From: Paragordius varius
Taxonomy: Eukaryota; Animalia; Nematomorpha
Assembly (NCBI GenBank): GCA_964247055.1
Contig: OZ176050.1
Location: 7,440,001 to 7,504,000, forward strand
Length of the DNA stretch: 64,000 bases
Direction of reading: 5' to 3'
Part shown: positions 1 through 18,100 of the stretch, one piece after another
Numbering within the stretch: the first letter of the stretch is position 1
Layout: the number at the start of each line of letters is the position of its first letter
The notes under the pieces: model-generated
The model's database searches: none
What the model saw: only the letters and a program-made list of their open reading frames with translations
What the model was told of the DNA's origin: nothing
Position numbers and translations under genes: made by a program

Positions 1-614
1 CTAGAGATGTGGACAACAACTTAACTACAAAATTTAGGGGGGACCCTGTGAATTGTACCTATCATCCCAATATATTTTTGATGAAACATTACTCATAGAT
101 ATTTATGTTACTATATATATGTATGTATATACGTTAAATTAACTTGGGCTTAAAATTTAGTTAATAATATATTAATTAATAAAGTATGTATAGCTTTTAA
201 GATAAATGTAATTTTGTATTGCATATCATATGATTTTATAATGCACACTGATTCTTTCTTCATTTATATTATGTATATATTTAAATTTACATGTGTGATT
301 CATACCAAAAGTGCCAATAAATTTATTTTTTCAAAATTTATAAAATTATCTAACCTTCTCATTTTTTGAAGATTGGATGGCAATGTTAAGCAGCCCTCAA
401 TTTAATCAAGTTAATAATTATTTCACCTTTAAAATGGATCCTAAACATTATAAGAAGGGGTGTTCAACTTAAATTGCTTGGGCCGCATTTTTGATTTAAA
501 AACCGGCCACATTCGAAAAATATGCATTAATAAATATTTTATTAGATCCTACACACAAAACTATAAAATAATTACTATCTATATCATTAATTGCTAGTTT
601 TTTGTCGATTGGTG

Positions 615-1060
615 AGACTTATTTGGAAGATTTGTTTGATGATGATGGGTATCTTTTAGTTTGATGCAAATACTAGGACAGTTGAGACAGACCATAGCGT
701 TCTGTTTATACAAATCGTGCAATTGATGGATATGTGCCGCATTTTTTAGATCTGATCTAAATAGCGCAATAGGCCTTCCGCGTTTTCTACCCCTTCTACT
801 GGGCCTAACATGGTCGCTTCTATGTTATCGGCTCTGATCACGTAACCTGGTGCGTGTGTATTTTTTGAGATAGGCTTAATGAACTCTGGTATTTTAAGAT
901 ATGTTAGCAAATTCGCCTGTTTAAGAAATAACAAATTCGTCTTTTCTCGGGTCGCACATAATACTCGGCGAATCACGGGCACCCTGTTTATTTTACATGT
1001 AAGTTTAATGGTTAAAATTTGTTTTTTAATTTCAGTTACAGACTTTAAAACAGACGACAC
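615..1060 (-). mobile_element. Decayed 3' fragment of an RTE-clade non-LTR retrotransposon
   Basis: Minus-strand translation gives GYVIRADNIEATMLGPVEG, then after a frameshift RKRGRP, then LRYLDQI. This matches the RTE ORF C-terminal pattern GHxxR...EKxxxxGxVEGKRxRGRPxxRWxDxI. A short (CAT)n-like tail lies at ~636-647. Confidence 0.75.
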
Positions 1061-2898
1061 TGTTTAAACAAGTACCGATAACTTTCTGGTATATCTGATC
1101 CAATTTTATTTTCTCCTAATAATGATCTAAAGCAAAACCACGTGAACTTTCAAAAAATCATTTAGTTTGCTTTTAAGTCACAATGACACATAATTTTTTT
1201 AATTTTAGATTGATAATATTACTAAAGAAATCTTATTAAAGGGTCATAATGCGGATATTGAGTCTTTCATCCATGATTATATGAGAGACAGTCCTCCGTG
1301 GGAAAGTTAAGAATTAAATATGTAATATTTTTTACCCTAAAAACTTAAAAACACGTTTGTTTTCGTGGGACCAAAATTTACAGTTCAAATTTAAAATTAA
1401 ATTTTTAAAAATGTTTGAACGGTTATATAAATGTGTTATAACGTCTTATATCTACACATTTGATTTTTTTGTTTTAAAATTTATAATTTTGATTACCTAT
1501 TGAGCATCTCTTTACCAATAAAGACGATATACATTAAAGAAAAAAATTCAGTCTAACAACTGTCAAATAATATTTTACCGCTATATAATATTCTTTTGTT
1601 TTAAATTTTATTATTAAAATTCAATAATCCCTAGCTTGTCATTTTATATATTGTAGAAATAATAAGATTCAATGATAGAATACTGTTTTAATAATTCCTT
1701 TGATCAATCAAAACAAAATTATTGTACTTACTATTTTTATTAATAAAAATATGCCGCTATTAAATGCTAATCGTAAGTTATATTACAAATATGTTTAAAT
1801 TAAAATTTATATTTTTATTTATATTTTTATTTTAATTAAATATATTATCATAATGTAATTGGAACAATGCATAATTAAAAAAATTATAGCTTTATAATGT
1901 TTTAAAAACAATGACCGTTAGATATTATTAATTAACACAAATTATATTATATTAAATCAATTAAAATTTTAAAAATTTACACTTCAAAGTTGTTCAAAGT
2001 TTATTTTAATCTCGCCTAAAAAACAATGCACAGTGCCTCTCATAAAATAATCATACAGTTTAATATGGATTATGTTTTGCTATCATCCTATGATACCGTT
2101 GTTTATTACAAAAATTTTTTCCCTTTGATTAAGTCATGGAAAAGATAAATAATGAGTTCTTTTAAACTCATGCTAAGGTTATTACGCAGCTAAGAACATA
2201 CATATCTGATATATTCTTGCCAAAAAGATTTTAATTTCAGGCATAAAATTTGCCAGCAAAATTGCTATACTTATCAATTTCTCAAATAGTCAAAAAGCGT
2301 AAAAAATGTAATTATATCAATAAAGATTGCTAATCACATTATAATTAGACATATGTGAATCTAATAATATAAGTACACCAATTTTTATTAGCGATTTATG
2401 CCTTTTTGTATTAGTGTTTTTCAAATAATAACCTAAAACCAGGTATAAAAGGTGATACATAATTTATTGATATGGGAAAAATGATGCATTTACAAGTCAT
2501 GAGGAATGTTTATAATTGTTGCGTTAATATAATAATAATTGAAAGGAGATTTTTCATATATTTTGGATCCATTTAGCATCATTTCCTCTAATGTATTGTT
2601 TCAAAAGCAATTGCCAACCAATTAAAAATATTAGAAATGCGATGTAAATTCTATCTCTCCAGGAAATGTGTAATAAATTTTCATGGTTCAAAATATGATT
2701 TTACTGGTCTGTTTTATATTAAAGTTTATGTGCTAAAATTTAATTGTAAATTACATATATAATTATTGTTTTTAAATTGCTAATTGCATATTATTGTGGA
2801 GTGTCGTGGTAAAATTCATTCAATATGTATCATTATATTTTAATATTAAATATACATTTTATGACTGAAACAACCTAACATCACCTAAAAACTTAATA

Positions 2899-3113
2899 CA
2901 GTCATCTATCCTTTATTAGATCAAAAATTTACTTTTTTTCTTTAAATGGGTATAAATATTTGGTAAAGAATGGAAAAAACAAGAGCTCTATGATATTCAT
3001 CAAAAAAGTATAAGAATTACCATGAAGCTCTTGTTTTTTCCATTCTTTTCCAAATATTCATACCCATTTAACGAAAAAAATAAATTTTTGATAAAATAAA
3101 GGATACATGACTG
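2899..3113. mobile_element. Hairpin MITE, Tc1/mariner-like (TA-CAGT termini)
   Basis: ~90-bp imperfect inverted arms (2899-2988 vs 3025-3113) starting CAGTCATCTATCC and ending GGATACATGACTG; TA on the left flank. Confidence 0.7.
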
Positions 3114-3180
3114 TGTATTTTACAAGGATGTGAATCATGGCTTTTAATCGGCACGTAAATACTGGGTAACAGATCATGGA

Positions 3181-3368
3181 TTTTACATGCATTTTAATGG
3201 TTGCTTATTTTACACTTTAGTAGGGCAATTTGCAACACAGTAATGTATGGAAAAAACTTCAAATGATGAATGGCCAATTATTTTCTTTCTTTTTTCCATA
3301 CACTCCTGTGTTGAAAATTGCCCTACTATAGTATGAAAAAAGCAGCCATTAAAATGTATACTGTAAAA
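3181..3368. mobile_element. Second hairpin MITE next to the first
   Basis: ~75-bp imperfect inverted arms (CATTTTAATGGTTGC...TAGTAGGGCAATTTGCAACACAG vs CTGTGTTGAAAATTGCCCTACTA...GCAGCCATTAAAATG); right end reads TA-CAGTA on the minus strand. Confidence 0.65.
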
Positions 3369-5044
3369 TTTGACCAAGAACCGGTTCTATTGTTAGGGGT
3401 TACATAATTCTGTTCTCCATTTTCTTAAGAATTACCATGTGGTGCCAATTTTCAAAAATTATAAGATTTTCTTTTCAAATTTTGACAACCAACTTGATTC
3501 CAGATCCGTCCGTCCAGGAACCATGGCTCTCTTTTTTGCCTTGTTCGAAGCTCTTTTAATACCTATACTTTAGCATATTCTTTATATTGTGGTGAATAAA
3601 GTACGGGTTATGATTGGAATGGACTGGCCTTGGTTATAAACACTTGTCTTATCTCAATATAGTGTACATACAATAATATTGATATAATCATTTTTTTTAT
3701 ATTTATCCAATTTAAATTCACTTAAAATCAATCATTAATATACTTTTAAATAAATCAGTAGCATATATTTATAATGTGAGATGATGGCTGTGAGGCATTC
3801 GTCTAATGTATTATTCATTCAATTCGCTGAGAGTAGTCGAGCCATCTTTTTTATTCGCCATCAATTTAGCCCAACCCCATGTAAAAGAGGGGTCTGCAAA
3901 AAAACCCTAAAATTTTTATTAAAGTATTTTTTGGAATAATTATTAGAGTAAGAGGATCCAGATATTTCCCTTATAAAGAAGATGCAAACTATAGTTGAAC
4001 ACTTTTTTCAGCGGGGAGAGCCACATCCTATGAAAATACGCATCAACACAAAATATTGTGCCCATAAAACAATTTTCTGGACGTATGTGTGGTAACCCTA
4101 CCCCTTGTTATTTAGTTTTTCGCAAAATAAGTTTCCACAAATATTTCGTAGAGTGTCCCGGGTGGAGCCCCGACTAATATAAAATCGCATTCACATAAAA
4201 AATCGTGACTTTTATGAAAACCTATGACTTTGTGTGAATTCGAAACATGCATCCCCTTTATTGTCGATAATGGCCGAGCCATTTTTTACAATCCTTTTAT
4301 TCAACCCATCCTGTGAAATTTGAATTTTTTGAAAATAACTAAGTATCCGCATTTTTTTAACGCGATTCGAAAAAGTTACGGAATTATATCAATTTTAAAA
4401 GGGTTATAGGTTTGCACAAACTGATTATCCTTCTTGTATATAATACGCTGGCAATAAAAAATCGTGACTATGAAGCGATGTTCGGGAAAAAGTGTATGCC
4501 ACTTTAATTCCATTATATCCATTTACATTTCTTCCTTAAAGTCGCCAATAATCGAACATTATTATGAAACCCGAATTAAAAATCCAGATTTTGACTAAAT
4601 CACAGCACGCGTAGCATACTCAGCTAACTAATAATAAATAACTTAAAGTTTGATCTGGCCAGGACATGCAATATTTATGGTTATTACTTTATACAACATA
4701 ATTTAATTAATCTAACTTTGGGTCTACAAGTGACCACTGGAAAATATATAAATAAAAATGTTAGGTTATAATCAGATTTTGCCGTTTAAATGGGGGTTTT
4801 ATTTTACTTTAAAATGTTCTACTATCTACAAAAGATTTGTTCATATCTGTTTCCACTCATCTATTATTTGGAATTCTATATTTTAAAATTTCAAACTTTA
4901 ACATCAAGTCACCATACAAAGAAGTGGTGATTCATTTAATTATGGCAGTTGTCGATTGCTGTTTATTATTATCTAATTGGACACAATAAATACAGTGTTA
5001 CCTACCTTGGTGTCTCACTATTCTAACTTTAAGTGGACATAGAG

Positions 5045-5355
5045 CAGGGGTTCAACACGCTGCCCTATACAATATTTCGGCCCCGCGAGAAATTTTAAAA
5101 ATTTACCAAATACAAATTTTATAATTAAAAAAATGCTAATTTTCAAAATCTAAGTCAAATTGATATTTCTTAATTTAATTTTGACAATGAAGTAGCAAAA
5201 CTGTTCAAATAAATAGTAGTTATATTGAATTCGCGTAAATTTTTTACATTCTTATGTACAAAATCTAAAATTTTTGATCATATAATATAGGCTAAGCGAC
5301 CCATTTTTTGAGTTATAAATCTAGCCCTCGAAGCCATTCGTGTTGGACACCCCTG
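5045..5355. mobile_element. hAT (Charlie-like) MITE
   Basis: TIRs CAGGGGTTCAACACG / CGTGTTGGACACCCCTG with an internal GGCCC motif. Related copies at ~42036-42295 and ~59662-59922; fragments at ~465-520, ~8321-8390 and ~31050-31100. No clear TSD. Confidence 0.65.
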
Positions 5356-8300
5356 GCGAGTTTTTTTCGAAAGTACTTTAAACCGGTAATTCTCAATTTT
5401 TTAGATAGATATAACTTTTATGTATAATTTAGACAACCAATATTTCAAGACGCGCGGACTTTATCATAGAGGGATCACATTTATTATACATTAAATATTA
5501 CCATCTTTTTCTGGTTTATTAGTTATTTTTTAAATAATATACCTACATAAAACAGAGTGTATTCCTAAACATATAAAATGTAAATTATGGTAATTTTAAA
5601 ATTTGCATATTTACCGTAAATTACACTAATATGCATATAAGAGGGGCATTATATCATCTCTAATTTGCATGACAATATTAAAGGGCTAACCAATATCAAG
5701 GAATAGGAAAAGGGCATTAAGCACTCCTTAATTAGTGAATGTAAAACCTATTAAATATCAATTTATTTTCATAAATATTTAATTTTGCACTAATAAAACA
5801 TTACTTACTACCTACCATTTGGTTAAAATTGAATTTGTGTTTTAACCATGACCAAAATATTGGCTAATCTATTATTTTAATAGCTCCAATCATTATTAGT
5901 ATTATCACAACACTAATGGAATTTAAAATCCAGGTGTAATCATTTTTACATTAAACAGAATCAAAAGTTACAAATTTATCGTATTTTATATTAGCACGCA
6001 TCTAATGTATATGCTAAATAGATGATAATTAGCTTAATTTAAGAGCTATTTACTTCCATAAAACTGTACTCAAATGATATCAACATTACATCATATGTAA
6101 TTGCATGGGTACATTTTAATAACTTAAAATTAATAAGTGAGTTTTATATTTACCAAGTGCTTTATGGTTTTTTAAAAATCGACCGGCTGCATAGGACAAA
6201 TTTTTAAATTTAAAATGAGAATCGTGCGTTTATTATTAGTTTTAAAATTAATTATGTTGTTTTAAAGCATGGGCAATAATTTTTTGGATTGCTGGTCTAA
6301 GATGATCATTAAAAAAAAGTTTAGGCAATATGTGGACTTCGGTAAAAACTACAAATACCTTCTGATTGTTTTAACGCATTTTTTTTACATAAATTAATCC
6401 TCCTCCTTAACTAAATTCAAATTTTTTTGTTTGAGCAGAGAATTAGAATAGAAACGGGCTGGTAATTACCGAAAAATTTTCCTATATTTGGAAGCGCCTA
6501 CAGATTAATTCCGTTATTTTGCTTTCGGTACCATTTTTTAGGCCAGTTACAAGTTTTTAATATCATAACATTTTTCATTATTTTAATGCTTTGAAGCCGA
6601 TTCAAAGATTAGCGCAAAATCATTTATGCTTTTAAATATATTTTTTAGCGAAAATTTTTATTATTTTACTTACACCGCGCACAAAATATGGTTTCCATCA
6701 TGCTTCAAAATTCGTTTTTACTCGCTTCACCAAAATTTTGATTTTTAACACTTCATGACTTTTGGGGAGTTTCATTCCTCAGAACCATTTAAATTTAAAT
6801 ATCTATAAAATAATATAAGCATTGGGCCAAAATATATTTTAGCCTTTTAGCATAATAAAATTTTTTAAAAAATATTACATTGTAAAAAATCTTCATCTCA
6901 AACCTTTTCGCCTCTTTTTTTTATTTTATTAGTTCGTGAAAGACAAATAAAGGTATGTTACAATTAAAAAACACACATAATATTTTTGTGAAATTTTAAA
7001 TTATAATTTACCAGAATATTATTTTTGATATTTATTGATTTTAATATTTAGCTGTTCGTTTTTATCATGTTTTGGAGGTATCTAAATTTGGCCTATAAAA
7101 GTTAAAAACCCATAAAAATTGTAATTTATCTATTGTCGGAGAATAGGGTTTGATAATTAAATAACCAACTTTCAAAGCAGTAGTTTTGGTACTTTAAGCT
7201 CCCCAAGAAAAGTCCCCAAAATGTCATCGTGCACAAAAAAAATGCAAATGTAATGATGTGTTAAGCAGAATATTTATTTGTCTAAAAAAAATTGATACAT
7301 AGCATATATTTAAAAATTTTATCGCGCCATATCGGCATTTTTGCGACTAATTTAAGATGATTATTTCAGATGGGTCCAAAAATTAAGAAAAATTGCTTTG
7401 CTTTTTATATATTCTGACATATTTTATTGATAATTTTTGGATTGAAGCATTAACCAAAAATTTATATTAAACATAATATGTGCAAGTTTTGCGATTTTCT
7501 ATGATGTTACAACAAAAAGGGTAATAACTACATGAATTCATGAGGCCAAACTAAAAACACCATAAACTATCTGATTATCTATTAGATCACATATATTTCA
7601 TAGGGATTTTTTTTGCGTGGACAGTGTTAATAGTCCGAAAATATTAATTGTGGGCTTTAATTAAACAAAAATATAAAATTTAATATGCATGGTAAATTTG
7701 AAAATTCATAATTTTAATATAGATCTCAATTAAATATATCTCACTTTATAGTGAATAAGAACCAAAAGATTTTAAAAAAGCGGGTTCCTTTTGAAAACCA
7801 ATCCCCGAATCTCGGGCAGTTAATTCTAAGCGATTTCGGTTCGTAGTTCTTATGCTTGAGGAAAGCAGAATAATCCTACTCCCAAATGACGGTATGTTCA
7901 AAATATCTTTTTTAAAAATAGACACCATCATTTTTAATATTTTTCAATTTTCAAAAGGTATTCGAATTTATTTGAAAGGTGCAATAATAACTCCAATGTT
8001 TAATGATTTTTCTTATCATACATATTGGTAGATAAGGGTGCCCTGCCAGCGTTATCAAGGGAAAACATGAATTTTAGCATATAGGATGTTATTTAAGAGA
8101 AAAGATTTGATTACAATTTTAACAATTGCACTTTTTGGCACACGAGTTTAATGTTTGCGGCCTAGTAGGTTTTTTAGGATTAGAATTAAATTATAATTAA
8201 CTTATAATAAGTGGCTTTATGTTGCGCACCAAATGCGAGAGTCTTAAAAAGGTACGTTTTTCTCCGTTTTTTCAATAAAGCCACACTTATGATACTTTAA

Positions 8301-8579
8301 CCTTAGGCCTAAGTGTAAATCAGGGATGTCTAAAATTTTCTTTATGGGCCGCATTTTCGACCCAAAAAATTGGCGGGCGGTACATGGTAAAAATATGTTT
8401 TATTACAAATTGTTTTATTAATTATAATTTTATATAATTATATTTAATTTACAACTATATTGATTTGCTTTAATGTTTGTTATATTATGAATATTAGTCA
8501 GATAAAAACAAAAATTTAGCCCACATTGTTTTCATAATGAACCTTTTTTGAAAATCAATCTGCGATTATCGGACACAAT

Positions 8580-9074
8580 TAGGGTTGTGCATTTGACTGC
8601 TTTTTCAAAAAAGTCCGGTCAGACCGTGGTCATGACCACTTTACCTAAGTAAATACCATGCGATATTGGATTATGAAATTACTTCTGAATCTTCAAATAC
8701 CTTGCTTTTAATACTGGATATTTCAAATAAAATTTTTCCTGTTTCTTTTACACTTGCTTTGATCATTGAAATATCCAATTATAAAATGTATTTTCATTTT
8801 ATCAATTCACATATATGGAATAATTGAATATTTTATAAAAAGTTGGATTGTTTTCTTTTTCGAAATAATTAGATATGCTTAAATGCTAATGTTTTAAGGA
8901 TGCATGTTTAACATTTTAAATTTTTAAATAAGCAAATTTAAATATTTATATATTTTTTTTAAAATATATTAAAAAATAACTTACTATTATTCTTCCAAAA
9001 AACTAACAATTTCTCAAAAAAAAGCTGAAATGACCATGGTCAAAAAAAGTCATAACTTGGTCAGCACAACCCTA
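8580..9074. mobile_element. Non-autonomous hAT element with intact 8-bp TSD
   Basis: Perfect 11-bp TIR TAGGGTTGTGC / GCACAACCCTA flanked by the direct repeat GACACAAT (8572-8579 and 9075-9082). Confidence 0.85.
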
Positions 9075-9967
9075 GACACAATAATAATGCATCTTTTCCG
9101 TCATAATTGGAGCATCAGTTATAAGACATAGAAAAGTATGTTCACATGTAGTATTTTTAATAAGCTTATTCGAATACACCCGAGGGATTGAAACCGGTAC
9201 TGGTTTAGGATAATTTTTTGAAGCTGGATCCAGTCTCACACACGTTTTATAAAAAAGCTTTGGGCCAAAGAATGCCGAAGGTACGAGTGTATAATTACGG
9301 AATTTTTTTGGACATAAAATGGATATAGTTTACAAAATAATAATCAAAATTTATGTATGCCATCATTTAAAAAGTATTCGGTTATTCGAAAATTGTAAAA
9401 CAATTTATTGTTGTATCAAAAATGAAAAAAAAAATTGAACTGTTTTTGGATTCTAAACTCCCAAAAGTTAATGACAGGTCCGGTTTTTTCTTTTTATATT
9501 AAAAATATTTTAAAAATTTATTTTTTTCCAGCTAGCCGCAGAAGTCGCTGAAGGCCGCATGCACCCCTAATAAAAATCGCCATGCTGAGTTATATTTTTA
9601 TTTCGAAATCTTATATTAAAGCATCAAAACTGTAAATTAATTACAATGTATTATATATGCAAGCGAAACAATTTTTTTAAAAATTTTAGAGTTAATATAT
9701 GTTAGCTTTAGTAGAGTAAACAGCCATATTATTGGTTATATGGGACTTTAATTAATAAAAGAACTAAGTTGTAATTTTATACCCCATAACCATATAAAAC
9801 ACTCATGTATTAATTGGTTGATATTGCGGAATTTAATGGTACCAATCATTATTTGACCGCAACGAATATTTATTCTACAGAAAAAGTGCAATTTAACAAT
9901 AGAAGGTTATAGTTTCATCAAATTTATAACTTCTATAGAGCCGGTTTTGACTGCTTTGTAAATTACA

Positions 9968-10500
9968 AATTAAGGTCATACAAATAGTTTTAAACACGCT
10001 CAAACTTATAAAATATTTCAAGTGATAATCTTATATATTCAAAGTGCGGGATTTTGCAGTAAAACCACAAATAATTTTAGGGCAAAATCAATTTTGATAT
10101 TAAAATAATAAATTTAAGGATATTGCTCTAACAACAATGAGTGTCTTATAAATATAAATAAATCCCTACTTTAAAAATAATATTTTTTGTCATCTGGTTT
10201 ATGAGTGTATAATTGTTACTGTTTAATTTTGGTTCTTACATGAGTGGGAAATATAAAGGCTACATATAATGCAAAATAGGATTTAAATACGAATTAAGGT
10301 CAAGCAAATAGTTTTAAACACGCTCAAACTTATAAAATATTTTAAGTGATGAAATTTATATATTCGAAGTATGGGATTAACCCCAAATATTAGGGAACAA
10401 TCCATTGTGATATAAACAATATATTAAAGGATATTTCAAACATAACATTGAATGTTTTCTTCTGAATATTAATTAAATCCCCACTTTTAAAAATAATATG
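9968..10500 (+). repeat. Imperfect direct duplication, ~325-bp period
   Basis: AATTAAGGTCA..CAAATAGTTTTAAACACGCTCAAACTTATAAAATATTT occurs at ~9968 and ~10292, with similarity continuing to ATCCCYACTTT..AAAAATAATAT. Confidence 0.75.
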
Positions 10501-10930
10501 ATCCAAATAAATAATATATTATTTATTTGAAAATAAATTTGAGAAACTTGAAAGGAATAAATAATTTGTTGTAAAAATTAGAGCGTTAAACATTAAAATA
10601 ATCATAGCTCTAAAAGTTGCACATGTGAAGAAGCTGTTTAAAAATTTGTAGGGCAAATAAAAACCACATTCATATTTCTGAATAATTAAAAATAAAAGAT
10701 AGGGTCGAATTCATACAGAAAATTTTACAAAAAATTTAAGATAAATCTTTTATAATTTTTTATCATACTAAATCTATGTTCGCGCATGTAACACTAAATT
10801 TTATATTTTTATATAAATGATAAAAATAAATTAATATACATGTACAATTAAAGGTGATATTTTTGTATGGAATAATTAGAGATATAGATAAGAAATTTTT
10901 CATTATGATGAATGATTTTGTAGCCATAAA

Positions 10931-14021
<3,091 letters not shown>

Positions 14022-15109
14022 ATGTCATCTAACTCAGAAAATGAAAATTCAAGTTTTTTTTATTTAAATAATTTAATAGATTCCGAAATGGAAGAAGATA
14101 ATATTGGAAATGAGATACAACCCAATCAGGATGTAAAATTGTCAGATATTTTTGGAAGCGATAATGAAGAAGAGGAATGGGTATTTTCGATTTCTATAGA
14201 AGAATACTTAATTATAATAGCTATTTTATTAATTTGTAACGGTTTAAGGCCGCAAAATATATTTATTTTGTCTTAAGAACCATGTAAATACCGATAAAAT
14301 TTTATTGTTTGCCACATTCATTTTTATTTATAATCAAAATAAGTATATAAAAAATTTAACAAATAATTCGGCGTCATAAAAAAACACTTTTAGGCCGAAT
14401 ACGGCCCGTGGTTTGAGTACCATTGGTTTAGTATATAATAATATGCAGAATATTAATAATTACGTTTACAACTTGAATATTTTTATTAATTTTTTTTTCT
14501 TACATTTTTCTAAACAATGCTGTAATTAGGAATCTCCTAAAAATCCGCAAATTTCTCCTCATCAAAGTCCTAAAAACTTGCAGTCGTCGCCGTTTAACAC
14601 GGAAAATGAAAATTCAATGGGTTATAGAGAACAAAAAAATGATATAGATACTACTAATCCGAATGCCAATTATGACAATAATGACAATGCTAATAACGGG
14701 GTTGACGAGGGTTTAGTCACAGAAGGACAAATAGATGACATAATAATCGATGCAGAAATGCCTCGTGTCCAACCCGAACATTATTTTTCACATAAAGCTC
14801 ATACAACAGATGAAACATCCACCCAATCCAAATCATCAAATGAGCTCTATTTTGTCAAATTACCCAATTTTTTGAGTGTTGAACCAAGGTTTTTATTACA
14901 TTTTTTATTAAATTAAACATATAATTTAGGCTTTTTTATTTTTGTTGTTATTTTTCAAAAAAAGCTGTATAAAAGTTGTGTCTTTTTGATAATACATTTA
15001 TAAGTTAACCCTCTCTGACAATGCCTATAACAATCAATAAATGTTTTTACCGTAATTCTTAATTTATTTAACCATAAATTCTTCTTTGGATTACCATCAT
15101 TATTAATAA

Positions 15110-15159
<50 letters not shown>

Positions 15160-18100
15160 TGCAATTTTAGACCATTTGATCCAATGTATTATGAAAATGA
15201 AGCTCAAATCATTCGTAATGCCGGTGTTAACAACTCCGAAACCGGAACTGCTGGTTATGATTCAGCTGATGAGGAACAACGAACCCGCGTGAAATTACGG
15301 GTAGAAAATACGATTAGATGGAGATATGTTCTCCCCTCTGAAGCCAAAAACAACATGTTGAATGATGCCCTCAAACATCGACCCAAGGAAAGCAATGCCA
15401 AGATTATAAAATGGTCGGATGGGAGGTATGTATATATGTATATAAGTTTTCATATTTAAAGAATTTATGGTTTTGTAGTCTTGAGTGGAGATATATTTAA
15501 AACAATGCAATTTTTAGCTAATTATCCCTAATTATTTATAATCCCAAATTGTAAGTCGCGTTTGGCTTAATACGTATGTTGTAAACTAAAAAATAGGCAT
15601 AGTTGCTGAAAAGTTTAAAGTTTATACTATATTTTATGAATTTGCATCCATATTGACTTATCATTTTAGAATAAATGAAAATTATTTGATATATTTTCTG
15701 ACACATCAAATTTGTGTTACATAGCATGTCCCTTCAACTTGGATCCGAATATTTTGACATTTACAAAACCCAAATTACTAACGATTATAACCATTTGTTT
15801 GTTCGCCAGGGTACTGGCTTGCAAGGGCAAGCAATATTTAAAGAAAAACTTTCCTTTAGGTAAATTCAACCTTATTAAATACTTTAATTTGCTTCATAAT
15901 AAGAATTTGGATAAAATTAATAATCATAAAGTCAAAAGTAAAAAAATAAATAAATTTTTTAACAACACAGACACTTTAAATCTAAATTTTTTTTATAACC
16001 TTAATGACAAAACTAATGGATAATATAATTGAGTTTTGCCATACTTATTTCTTTATTTTGCAATCCAAAACCAAAGGTTATATTTAATAAGGTTAAAAAA
16101 TATGGTTATCTTTTTAAAAATGTTAGTCTTTTGTTTTTTTTACGTTTTGACTTCTATTTTTATCCGTATTTTTTTATGTTTAGGCCACATTCAACCAACT
16201 CCATAACACATCGAAAAATGACGTTATCTTTGGCAGACCGATGTTCAAAAACGCGTAAATCTATCAAAGTTTTAGCAACTACGGAAAAACAAAAAGGCGA
16301 TCCTGAACTTATAAAAGCTGAATTGTATAAAGTATATAGTTTTCTTGATTTTTATTTGAATATATAATATATTTCTCTCATTATTTATGACATAAACAAT
16401 CATAGTAAATTTTTTTATAAGTAAGACTAACTATATAAAGTATGTCTTAGGGTTTTAAAGTCCGTAATTTAGGGGGTAAAATATTGTCAACTTTATTTTA
16501 TAAAGTTAACCATATTTTTATATTATAAATTTTGTTTTGTATAAGATAGATTAAGATTGTTTACAATGGTGTATAGCAAGACTTAATTTTATATTTTACA
16601 CATTATTTTTTGGCCTTCTAATAGTAATAAGTTATTCAAATTAAATTATTGAAAATTAAATTTGTTTTGATGAAAATTGTCAAAATTTTGTTTCTTTTCC
16701 CGATAAACTTTGAATTGGCTTTGCATATTTTATTGTAACTAAATTTGAGGAACAGGAAGATGTCACTCTTTTAATTTTATATTTATGTTCACCTAAATTT
16801 GTTAAGAAAGAGGAAGAAAAATTAAGAGCCGCCATGAAATCACAATACATCGGTTCCCGAAAATCGACTGGCAATCGAGCACAAAACAGCCGAAAATACC
16901 AAAGGGGTAAAACACTTTTCGAAATTTATTTTATTATCTATGCTTATATGTGCCGATTTAATTATTATTATTACCGATATACATATACAACTTTATTGTA
17001 AAATGTCATGATTGTATAAATAAATTTACATTAATCAAATAATTAGAAATTGTCATAAAATGTTTGTCTTAAAGACTTTAATAAAAAATTATTTTTTAAC
17101 TGCTTTAACTGTATCAAAATGAAACTCACTTTGTAAAATTGATGGGAAATGTTAATTGTTTTCGAAATGTATATGATTGTAGATGTACCATCCTCAGATT
17201 TATATAATTAATTCTATCTTTTTCTGATTTTTCCGCGTAACCATGTAATATGTAAGATGAATTATTTTGACATTTAACCATTTCACACCCTTTAGCTAAA
17301 TCAATAATTAAAATTTCATATGTATTTATTACATATACTCTTTGGTCATAACTCAAAATTTATGATATAAAATTAAAATATTGTTTTTTCCCGGTAAATA
17401 TTGTTCAATATATATGGTAATAATTGTTTAGCACACTTTAATACTGTTTCAACTTTAAGTTTAATAAACTCATATATTCAGATGATTTGTTTGAACCTGA
17501 AGATTTTTATGAAGCATCAGAAGGAACTTCCATATCTGCCATCAAGAAAAATGTCATGTCTAACTACGCATCTGCACTCAAAGGTTAGATATATTTTGTT
17601 ACGTTTTTAGAGTTCTTAGTTTATATTTTTTTTTGATTTTAAATGATAATTAATGTATTTTACCAAAACATACATTATTAAATGGAAATTATTTTTGCAA
17701 TTAAAGTTTATAGAAAACATTATTACTACTCTAAAGAATTAAATTGTTCAATGTGTATATTAATTTTAATTTCTACTTAGTTCAAATGTGTTCTTTTAAT
17801 TTACCTTAACCGCCTTATGCATAAACTTAAAATAAAACCTATATTTATTTACAATATTTTCCATAAATATTATTTCTAGATTCTTCAAGACCAAAAATTT
17901 ATTCTTCAGATAGTGAGGAAGATTATTCCGATTCAGAGGTATGTCGCATTAAATTTTTTGAAGTTTCATTACACTGGACAACAAATTTTTCTGCCACTCG
18001 AGTTTTTCTGATATTTAATATCATTTTAATAGTAAATCCGAAATAAAAATTATAACTCGTTGGAAGAATTTTGTATAATTTGATTTTTTTGATTATGCGC

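Noticed and set aside
2029-2050. Lone CACAGTG heptamer preceded by CAATG (possible Transib-like end)
   Set aside because: No matching opposite end or TSD found nearby; a single 7-mer is expected by chance.
3400-3660. GC-richer, coding-like stretch (minus strand ...VLKELRTRQKREPWFLDGRIWNQVG...)
   Set aside because: Several stops and no family motif I can support; probably a transposon relic. Needs tBLASTx.
7746-8070. ORF 7746-7931 and an upstream LDNAGRAPL ankyrin- or DDE-like peptide
   Set aside because: Similarity too short and no consistent exon structure.
14955-15164. ORF with YIYIYI repeat
   Set aside because: Translation of the (TA)n microsatellite on the strand opposite LEO1.
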